Shown piece after piece: positions 1-10,136 of a stretch of DNA of 64,000 nt (within the stretch, counting starts at the first letter, position 1; each line of letters begins with the position of its first letter). The DNA is from Macrostomum lignano (Eukaryota): contig NIVC01000281.1 in assembly GCA_002269645.1 (NCBI GenBank), positions 1 to 64,000 on the forward strand, read 5' to 3'. The notes beneath the pieces were generated by a model, which searched no databases, had not been told where the DNA came from, and saw only the letters and a program-made list of their open reading frames with translations. The position numbers and the translations under genes were made by a program.

Positions 1-187
1 GCCAGACAGAAAATCGATTTTTTAAGCACTAAATCGACGGTTTCTTGCTCTTCTGTTTTAATGACGAACGCACAAGATGGCATGAGTAGGGCTCGAGGTG
101 GCTGGTCTCCGACTACCTTTCCAATTTCCAGTCAGTAATTTCTAATAACAGTTGTGCACCTGTGCCGAAATCTCAGAGAAATCTTAC

Positions 188-1333
188 CTGCCAAGCGCCT
201 GGTCTTTTTCATCCAGCCGGTCCTTGATGTACATGGCGATGTCCTTCTCGACGGTGTGCTTGGCCTGAGCCTCCCGGGCCAGCCGGACGATCAGGCGCAT
301 CAGATCCTCGTCGAGGGCCTCGGCGACTGCGATTACCTTGACGCCGTTCATCCAGTCATCGTCTGCTGGTGCTGCATTGGAGCGTTGGACCTGCACCTTT
401 TCCCTGCGCGGGGTGGGTATGGTTCAGGTGGTTTCGGCTCAGTCAAAGAAGATTCTTGACACTGTTCAAAGGACAGGTGGGACATGTTTCCCCCCCCCCC
501 CAGTACGAGCGTAAAAGCTATGGGGGACATGCAATGCTTTGTCCCCACACCACGTTGTGACCCGTTATGAAAATCAATAGTTGTGCTTCAGGGTGACAAA
601 ATGAGCTCTGACAAACACCGATTCTCAAATAATGTACATCTAGAATCCTTGGATTTGCCCCCTCCCACTGTGCAGCGAGAACAGCGTCCTTGTACTTAGA
701 TATCCATGCTCCTTCCATTCCAACGGTTGTGAGGCTGACCCCCCCCCCAGTCCAAGCACTCACATGTACTCAGTGTTGGGCCTGAGGCCGAGGGTATCGC
801 AGTACTCATCAATCGAGATGGTGCCTGAGTTGTCGGCATCAAACAGGTTCAGCCATTTCTGTAAATTTTGGCATTTTGCGATTTGCTTTACGCGTCAAGT
901 CATCAAGTTAAACTGGCTGCATCTCAGCAGATTTACCTGTACAACTGGCTACAGTATCTCAGCAGATTTACCTGTACAACTGGCTACAGCATCTCAGCAG
1001 ATTTACTTGTACAACTGGCTACAGTATCTCAGCAGATTTACCTGTACAACTGGCTACAGCATCTCAGCAGATTTACTTGTACAACTGGCTACAGTATCTC
1101 AGCAGATTTACCTGTACAACTGGCTACAGTATCTCAGCAGATTTACCTGTACAACTGGCTACAGTATCTCAGCAGATTTACCTGTACAACTGGCTACAGT
1201 ATCTCAGCAGATTTACCTGTACAAACTTTTCATCGAAGTTCTGCTTCCTGCAGTAGGCCTCCAGCTCCTCTCTGGTGATCTCTCCGCTAAAGTCGGTGTC
1301 GATTGACTCAAACGCGGTGAGAAAGTCTGCCAT
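188..1333 (-). CDS. Tegumental allergen-like (TAL) protein: two EF-hands plus dynein light chain-like domain; last exon not found in window
   Basis: Exon 1333-1217 encodes MADFLTAFESIDTDFSGEITREELEAYCRKQNFDEKFVQ (EF loop DTDFSGEITREE). Exon 858-764 encodes KWLNLFDADNSGTISIDEYCDTLGL (EF loop 2). Exon 403-188 encodes ...VEKDIAMYIKDRLDEK, a DLC-like helix. Introns are GT-AG with matching phases. One base appears missing in the A-run near 205-209; adding it restores DEK-R-PGAWQ, which aligns with DLC DKKYNPTWH. Confidence 0.85.
905..1222 (+). repeat. 35-bp minisatellite in TAL intron 1 (about 9 copies)
   Basis: Unit atctcagcagatttacctgtacaactggctacagt. On the minus strand it contains gtacag|gtaaat, the real exon-1 donor junction. 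Confidence 0.95.
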
Positions 1334-1964
1334 GATAAAGTTAACACGCTAACAACAATGCTCGAGACTAAAGGCTTGTAACTTTGTCGGCAGGTAAAAT
1401 CTCGAGTGCTTTGGCGTCTTTATATTCTTTTTAAAAAGGCTTTTCGGTGCTTCGGTTGCCGATGCAAATTTTGCAGCAAACTCAGCGGCTGTCTAAAAAG
1501 CAGAGACACGCCCGGAGCTGCAATGCCGCAGTTCGCTTGTGCACCGAACTCACCTCTCTGAGACTGGCTATTCATTGTGTCTCAAGAAAGATGGGATGAG
1601 AAATATTTGTATATTCCGCGTACAGGTAGCACCCACCCTCAGCCCCTCAGAAGCCAGCTCAGCGACTGTGCGATGGCCACAGATGCCAATTTTGTGCAGA
1701 AATGCAAAATAGAAAGACAAGAAGAATAGGAATGAGCAAGACAGATGAGCACGATTGTTCCAGAATTGAGAAGCCGCCTTGGCAAATAAATGCTTTCAAA
1801 GTCTTCGCTTTCATTTTGATTCTGGTCGAGACTGTGTGAGCGTGCATTGCCTTAATTTGCATATTGCTTTGCGCCACAGCCTGCTGCACCTCTCCTCTCC
1901 GGCAGAGACTCTGCTACCTACAACAGCTAGTCGCCAATAATTCCCCCAAACTCACTCATTTCCC

Positions 1965-2480
1965 CACCTCACTCATTTCCCCACCTCACTCATTTCCCCA
2001 CCTCACTCCCTCACCCACCTCACTCCCTCACCCACCTCACTCCCTCACCCGCCTCACTCCCTCACCCGCCTCACTCCCTCCCCACTTCACTCCCTCACCC
2101 GCCTCACTCCCTCACCCACCTCACTCCCTCACCCTCCTCACTCCCTCACCCACCTCACTCCCTCACCCGCCTCACTCCCTCACCCACCTCACTCCCTCAC
2201 CCACCTCACTCCCTCACCCACCTCACTCCCTCACCCACCTCACTCCCTCACCCGCCTCACTCCCTCCCCACTTCACTCCCTCACCCGCCTCACTCCCTCA
2301 CCCACCTCACTCTCTCACCCGCCTCACTCCCTCACCGCCTCACTCCCTCACCCACCTCGCTTCCTCACCCACCTCACTCTCTCACCCACCTCACTCCCTC
2401 ACCCGCCTCACTCTCTCACCACCTCACTCCCTCACCCACCTCACTCTCTCACCCACCTCACTCCCTCACCCACCTCACTC
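1965..2480 (+). repeat. C-rich ~17-bp minisatellite (cccacctcactccctca)n
   Basis: Directly visible; source of spurious ORF 1864..2712. Confidence 0.9.
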
Positions 2481-2781
2481 CATCACTCAGTCGCAGTCGT
2501 TCTTCTTCCCTTCCTTCTTTCTTTTCAAAGATCTGTCTATGGCAAGTCCATACAAGATTTCACTCTGGAAACTTTTAGAAAATGTCTTCCGTTCTTTACA
2601 ATATTTATTCCCTTTTTTAGATTTTTCAAAAAGAAAATTTTACCATAGACAAAACTGTTTTTTAAATTTGCCAAGTCGAACTTTCAATATTATATCAATA
2701 TCAACATTGTGAAGATTATTGAAAAAAATTAATCTAAATTCGAACGCTCAGGATCAAAACCAATAGAAAAGGGTTTTGCAG

Positions 2782-5700
2782 TCGATCTTGGCTTCAGAGT
2801 CAGATGGTGGTCTCGCGGCTGCAACCACAGTGCTCAACAGCTACTCAGCGCCTCAGCGGGACAACAGTGTCATGTCAGCCTACGATGTCAGCTCCATCAA
2901 TAAAAGTGTTTATTCCATTGAGCAGGACGCGAAACGAGCCAGGAACAGTGTAGCGGAGTCTAACAAAAGCGAGCCGGCTGAGGACCCGGTGAGGGTTTCT
3001 GTCATCAGCATGGGCTAGATTAGCAATCCATTGGCTATTCCTGCATCCGCATGTGGGCTAGATTAGCAATCCATTCTATTCCTGCATTCTTGTGGGCTAG
3101 ATTAGCAATCCATTCTATTCCTGCATCCTACAAATTGGCTAGATTAGCAATCCATTCTATTCCTGCATTCTACAAATTGGCTAGATTAGCAATCCATTCT
3201 ATTCCTGCATTCTACAAATTGGCTAGATTAGCAATCCATTCTATTCCTGCATTCTACAAATTGGCTAGATTAGCAATCCATTCTATTCCTACATTCTACA
3301 AATTGGCTAGATTAGCAATCCATTCTATTCCTGCATTCTACAAATTGGCTAGATTAGCAATCCATTCTATTCCTGCATCCTACAAATTGGCTAGATTAGC
3401 AATCCATTCTATTCCTGCATTCTACAAATTGGCTAGATTAGCAATCCATTCTATTCCTACATTCTACAAATTGGCTAGATTAGCAATCCATTCTATTCCT
3501 GCATTCTACAAATTGGCTAGATTAGCAATCCATTCTATTCCTGCATTCTACAAATTGGCTAGATTAGCAATCCATTCTATTCCTACATTCTACAAATTGG
3601 CTAGATTAGCAATCCATTCTATTCCTACATTCTACAAATTGGCTAGATTAGCAATCCATTCTATTCCTGCATTCTACAAATTGGCTAGATTAGCAATCCA
3701 TTCTATTCCTACATTCTACAAATTGGCTAGATTAGCAATCCATTCTATTCCTACATTCCACAAATTGGCTAGATTAGCAATCCATTCTATTCCTACATTC
3801 TACAAATTGGCTAGATTAGCAATCCATTCTATTCCTGCATCCGCATGTGGCTTGACATCAGCAGCAGATCTGCAGCTGCCACAATCCCATGCTCAGCACC
3901 AAATAAGTTGCTTATTGCTGTCACAACGCCACAGGTCGAGTGTTTCCTCAAGGAATTCGCGATGTCGCCCAGTGAGATGGAGAACTTGGTGGCCAGTTTA
4001 AAAAAGAACATTGACGACCTGGTCAAGTGAGTTCAGTCTGGAAACCATGTCAAAATTCGCGGAATCATATTGTTGATCATCATTCGTGACTTCGATCTGG
4101 TTGACACCTTCAGGCAGCGAGGCGCCGACGGGGTCCCGATCCACTGGTCCTACGTCCCCATACTGCCGGTCGGCCGCGTGGCCGGGAAATGCCTGTCGCT
4201 GGACTTTGGCTGCAACGACAATTTTTTTCAAGTGCGCGATGAGATGCGAAGAGATAGGATGGGATGAGATTTCCGGGATGAGATAGGCTGAGATGAGATT
4301 TCCGGGGTGAGATAGGGTGAGATGAGATTCTCGGGATGAGTTAGGTTGAGATAAGATTCTCGGGGTGAGATAGGATGAGATAAGATTCTCGGGATGAGAT
4401 AGGATGAGATGAGATTTCCGGAGTGAGATTGGACTGTATGGGATTCCGGGATGGAATTGGACTGGGTGGGATGAGATGGAATGGGATGGGATGGGATGGG
4501 ATGGGATGGGATGGGATGGGATGGGATGGGATGGGATGGGATGGGATGGGATGGGATGGGATGGGATGGGATGGGATGGGATGGGATGGGATGGGATGGG
4601 ATGGGATGGGATGGGATGGGATGGGATGGATGGGATGGGATGGGATGGGATGGGATGGGATGGGATGGGATGTGATGGATCTGATAGAAATGGAAATGGA
4701 TTTCTAATCTGGGAAGATGATAAGTTTCGGGAGTTGAGGAAGAGAAAATAAAAAATATAATTCAAGACTTACTGAATATATTAGTGAGGCATGGTAGACA
4801 GGACAGAGCAGCTCAGTGACTCTTGCCCCAACCCCCCCCGAGCCCCTGGTACCAGTAGCGTAGCCAGGGGGGGGGAAGCGGGGGGGGGCCGTGGCCCCCC
4901 CCCCAATCACCTGGGGGTGGGGTTGGGCGCGGCGGGTACCAAAAACCATGAGGCAAAAACCATGAGTGCCTGCGGCGCCAAAATGAGTGCATGCGGCGCC
5001 AAAATGAGTGCCTGCGGCGCCAAAATGATAGCCTGCTAAAATATCACCGAAGAGTACATACAGGTGGGATTATATGATTAGGGAGGATTGTAGGAGCTCA
5101 CTTGCCAGCAGTTCCAGCCTGACCCGCTGTTCAGGTGGCCGTTTGCAACATCCGGCAGTCGGAGACCAGTCGCGACACCACCGAATTCCGGCCAGTCGAC
5201 CGCCGCGCATTCGTGCTGACTCCCGCCCTGCGCCGCGCCCCAATGTCCGTCTATTGCGACTTCACTGCGATCTGCGTCCGCCAGGTGCTGCAGGAGAATG
5301 GGCTGCAGGCGCAGGCGGACCCCATCTACATGGGCATCGTCGCCGGCTTCGACGCTCGACTGAAGCCGCAGATTTCGCCGGCCGAGGCGCGAGTTGGGAA
5401 AACTTTCAAAGACTACAAGATGGAGAATTTCATCAACTGCGATTTTGTGGCCAGCTTTCAGGTGGGGCGAATCAGTGATTGGCTTGTGTGAACCCTTGAG
5501 GTGCCGAAATGAGTGAGCAGTCATTTAGCTGAGATCCATAGATGAGACAATTTTTAGTATATGGATAGGCTTCTTCCCCACCTCCCGAATCCATGTCTCT
5601 TCCCCACCTCCCGAATCCATGTCTCTTCCCCACCTCCCGAATCCATGTCTCTACCCCACCTCCCGAATCCATGTCTCTTCCCCACCTCCCGAATCCATGT

Positions 5701-8310
5701 CTCTTCCCCACCTCCCGAATCCCCGTCTCTACCCCACCTCCCGAATCCATGTCTCTTCCCATTCCCCAAATTCCGTTCTCTATCCCACTTACAAAATCCC
5801 TGTCTCTCCCCACTTCCCAAATCCCCGTCTTTTCCCCACTTATTAAATCCCCGTCTCTTCCCCATTTCCCGAATCCCCAACTCTCAAATCCCGTTCTCTT
5901 TCTTATCCCCACAAATCCCCCCTCGTGCAGAAATCCATGGACAAGCACGGGCTGAAGGTGAAGATTGTAACTGTGCTCAATGACGCGGTCTGCACACTGC
6001 TCTACGGGGTGCACTCGGTGTACAGCAGACGTATCTCCACCTCGGACTGCTCAATCAGCGTCGTCACAACGCGCAGCGGTGCGAACGTGTCCTTCCTGGA
6101 GACTGATCAAGACTTTCTAGACTCGTGCACCACTGACCGCAGGCTGTTGCTGCGGTCGCCAAGGAACGGCAGCTTCTGCGTGGTGGTGAACCCCGAGGCC
6201 GGCATGCGCTGCGGGGAGAAGGGCGAGCTGAGCAATTTTCTGAACAACATCGAGAAAAACGTGCTGGAGGAAGCCAAACCCGGCGATTCGATGCGCTGGG
6301 AGTGCCTGTCCTCGGGCTGCTGGTACCCGAAACTGCTCAGGAACAGCATCAAGACTATGCGCAAACTTGAAGTGGTTGGGGCAGGTTTCCCAGATCTGCT
6401 GAGCTCCGCAAACTGCTTTGAGGTCTTCTACGTGTGCGACAGGTACGCGACTGTAAAGGAGCCGAGCAAAGATCAACTGGCTAAGGATTTGCAGGTAAGG
6501 ATTGTCTAACAGCTAGTGTCCAACAGCTAGTGTCCAACAGCTAGTGTCTAACAGCTATAGTATCTAACAGCTTTAGTGTATAACAGCTACAGTGTCTAAC
6601 AGCTAGTGTCTAACAGCTAGTGTCTAACAGCTAGTGTCTAACAGCTAGTATCTAACAGCTATAGTGTCTAACAGTTATAGTGTCTAACAGCTATAGTGTC
6701 TAACAGCTATAGTGTCTAACAGCTATAGTGTCTAACAGCTATAGTGTATAACAGCTACAGTGTCCAACAGCTATAGTGTCTAACAGCTATAGTGTCTAAC
6801 AGCTATAGTGTCTAACAGCTACAGTGTCTAACAGCTAGTGTCTAACAGCTAGTGTCTAACAGCTAGTTTCTAACAGCTAGTGTCTAACAGCTATAATATG
6901 TAACAGCTAGGGTCTAAAAGCTAGTGTCTAACAGCTATAATATGTAACAGCTAGGGTCTAAAAGCTAGTGTCTAACATTAGCTAAAAGCTTCTAAACTAC
7001 CCTGTCTAACAGGTTAGCTAGTATTATCTAACAGGTACAAACTTGCCCTGTTCCCAAACCCCCCCTCCAAATCAGGCTTTCCTCGACCCGCTTGAGCGCT
7101 ATCGGATCCAGCCAAAGGAGGCGGAGAAGCTCGCCCAAGTCTGTCAGGCCATTGTGAAGCGCAGTGCCACCATGCTGGCCAGCTGCATCATGGCGGTGGC
7201 CCAGCGCGTGTACGGCAAGCTGCTGCCCGAACGAATGGTGGTGGCCTACTGCGGGGCCATGTTCCAGATCGGCCAGCTGCTGCCCAGCCTGCAGGAGACG
7301 CTGGACGAATTTGCCAGCCCCATCAACAGCATCTACCCGTTCAAGGTGAGGAGAGACGTCTGTTGGTCCCGAAAGTGATCCCAAAGCAGTCCCGAACTTG
7401 ATCCCAAAGCAGTCCCAAAACTGATCCCAAATCAGTCTCAAACTTGACCCCAAAGCAGTCCCGAAAATGATCCAAAACCAGTCCCGAAACTGATCCAAAA
7501 CCAGTCCCGAAACTGATCCCAAACCAGTCGCGAAACTGATCCCAAAGCAGTCGCGAAACTGATCCCAAAGCAGTCCCGAAACTGATCCCAAAGCAGTCCC
7601 GAAACTGATCCCAAAGCAGTCCCGAAACTGATCCCAAAGCAGTCCCGAAACTGATCCCAAAGCAGTCCCGAAACTGACTCAAAGCAGTCCCGAAACTGAT
7701 CCCAAAGCAGTCCCGAAACTGATCCCAAAGCAGTCTCAAACTTGATCCCAAAACAGTCCCAAAATCAATCCCAAAACAGTCCCAAAATCAATCCCAAAGC
7801 AGTCCCAAAATCGATCCCAAAACAGTTCCAAAATCGATCCCAAAACAGTCCCAAAATCAATTCCAAAGCAGTCCCAAATCAATCCCATAGCATTCCCAAA
7901 ATCGATCCCAAAGCGATCCCGAAACTGATCTGATCCCAAAACAGTCCCAAAATCAATTCCAAAGCAGTCCCAAAATCAATCCCATAGCAGTCCCAAAATC
8001 AATCACAAAGCGGTCCCAAAACTGATCTCAAAAAAGTCCCAAAATCGATCCCAAAGCAGTCACGAAATTGATCTCCGACAGCTCCAAAATCAATACTTGC
8101 ACTTAAATTCGAAAATAAATACTGAATTAAATCCTGAGTTCGATCCGAGAACATTTCCTGAAAATAGATCCATAAATCGGAGGAATAGGCGCAACTTTCC
8201 GAACCTCGCGCCCGCAGGTCGAGCTGATGCCGGCTGACACGGCTTTTGGCTGTGCTGTGTCGGCCATCACGATTGGGAAAACTTTGGCCATGAATGAACA
8301 CAGAGGCTGA
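2782..8310 (+). CDS. Divergent hexokinase-fold protein (probable pseudoenzyme); start exon uncertain
   Basis: Exons 2782-2988, 3935-4026, 4114-4231, 5135-5461, 5931-6494, 7076-7345 and 8218-8310 total 1671 nt in one frame with GT-AG sites. Hexokinase landmarks in order: SYVPILPVG..GKCLSLDFG (cf. TFVRSLPDG..GDFLALDLG), LNDAVCTL (VNDTVATM), VNPEAG (NTEWG), ECLSSG (EKLIGG), KRSATMLAS (TRAAHMCSA). A possible first exon 1596-1625 (MRNICIFRVQ|gt) is speculative. Confidence 0.85.
3012..3840 (+). repeat. 42-bp intronic minisatellite
   Basis: Unit ggctagattagcaatccattctattcctgcattctacaaatt, about 19 copies. Confidence 0.95.
4250..4680 (+). repeat. GAGAT-rich tract grading into (GGGAT)n microsatellite
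   Basis: Pure GGGAT run at about 4478-4670. Confidence 0.95.
5570..5860 (+). repeat. 26-bp intronic minisatellite
   Basis: Unit cctcccgaatccatgtctcttcccca, degenerating toward the 3' end. Confidence 0.9.
6502..7010 (+). repeat. 13-16-bp intronic minisatellite (gtgtctaacagcta[ta])n
   Basis: Directly visible; starts within 10 nt of the 6495 donor. Confidence 0.9.
7375..8080 (+). repeat. 23-bp intronic minisatellite
   Basis: Unit gatcccaaagcagtcccgaaact and variants. Confidence 0.9.
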
Positions 8311-8419
8311 GTCAGAGTCTGTTCTCAACGATGCTCAATTAATATGAACTACTGAGATGGTTAATATTGCCTATAGTTTGTACTTGGAAATTGTTCAAGC
8401 CGTATTCTGATTCCTCTTG

Positions 8420-8715
8420 ATTCTAAGAAATACCTGTCGATTCAAAGAAATACCTGTCGATTCAAAGAAATACCTGTCGATTCTAAGAAATACCTGTCGA
8501 TTCTAAGAAATACCTGTCGATTCTAGGAAATACCTTTCGATTCTAAGAAATACCTGTCGATTTTAAGAAATACCTTTCGATTCTAAGAAATACCTTTCGA
8601 TTCTAAGAAATACCTGTCGATTTTAAGAAATACCTGTCGATTCTAAGAAATACCTTTCGATTCTAAGAAATACCTGTCGATTCTAAGAAATACCTGTTGA
8701 TTCTAAGAAATGCCA
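8420..8715 (+). repeat. 20-bp minisatellite downstream of the hexokinase-like stop
   Basis: Unit gattctaagaaatacctgtc. Confidence 0.9.
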
Positions 8716-10136
8716 GTATTCCACTCGATTTGAAGAATACCACTTAATTCCAAGAAATACCGGTCGGTTCTAAGAAATAGCAACTCAACTTTCAAAAAAC
8801 ACCACTCGGTTCTAACTAATTGCCCTTCATTGTCTGGACCCTATTTGCATTAACTGTTTTGACTCGCAAGCTATCACGTATACAGCTATTAAAATGAGTA
8901 AATCCAGTTTCGTAAATTGAAATGCCAGTTGAATTTATATTCGGATTTTTTTGTTATAATTGCAACACCGTCTGGTGCCTTGTCGATTTGTGCATAGTTA
9001 CGAGTGCAGGTGTGGGGTGTAAAGTCTGATGGCTTTATTTCTTGACAAGATGAAGAATTTGCTCGCACAGTTACCGAGCACCAGAGCGCCGATAAACAAA
9101 ACTGGGTGCTATTTATGCTACTGTCAGTAGAGCACCGAGCGCGCAGAGTAATAAAAACCAAAAAAATTAAGAAAGTCCGGGCGGGAAATCCGCCGGGACA
9201 AAAAAGGCACAAATGAAAAAAGATAAAATTTCAGTGCGCCGCAGTGCCAGGATTAGCAAGGACTCCGTGTGGAGTCGCTTGCAGTCGGTAAAGAATTAGA
9301 GAGCCACCAATCGAGGAACAATTAAATACATTTCAACGCAAAAGCTCCAACTAAATAAACAAATACAATCGGTACAGATCGAACAGGCTTTCAAAAAGGA
9401 ACCAGTTGGAATCGATAGACGGCGCGGAATCGGGCGTGGCAGATTCGCTACTTGCCTACTTAGAGTAGTGCGACGATCGGGAGAGATAAGCATTGACGAA
9501 AATTATTAGACGACAGCTAAGCTGGAGTACTTTTTGGCCTCAGCTGCGTCAGTCGAATGTTTGTTTATAGCAGTGAATTTACAGTAAATAAATAAACGTG
9601 ACTGCTTGGTACACAGTATCCTCACTGAATAAACAGTCGCAGATGAGCTATGGAACAATGTCGAGAATGACAATTCACAGTTCGGTGCAATAAAAAAATG
9701 GTCATTACCGAATGCTGCGGGAATTTCACCAGCTTCGGAGTCAATGGGAGCAGGACAGAGTGAGAGGGTGAACCAAAATATACATTTAGTCTAGTTTTTT
9801 GCGCAGAAAATACAGTCAAATTAAAACAAATAAGAAATTAGTCAGGCAATCTGAAACACACCGGATGACTTGAAAGTTGGGCGCGAACTCAAGTTTCACA
9901 AACCACAGAGAAAAAATGCACTCCTCAATTCTGATCTTCATCGTTGAATCTTTTTTGGCCATAAAAATTCAGATGCAATTTTCTCATATTGCTACTTAAT
10001 TAAGTAGCGTACTTTGAGTTTCATTATTTTTTGTCTCTAAATCTTTCAAAATCGATTTATTAATATTTTTGTGACCAAAACAGTTCAGCGAATGAGAACA
10101 TTTGAGTAAACAGGACCCAACCGGAGGGGTGCTTTT

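Noticed and set aside
3051-4001. 316-aa LARLAIHSIPAFYK-repeat ORF and similar ORFs at 764-1306, 13372-14604, 29246-30686, 37107-38031, 38873-39555 and 62514-63057
   Set aside because: All lie in intronic or intergenic minisatellites; the real exons splice around them.
4852-4930. cagtagcgtagccagggggg motif typical of MITE termini
   Set aside because: No matching opposite terminus or TSD found; at most a fragment.
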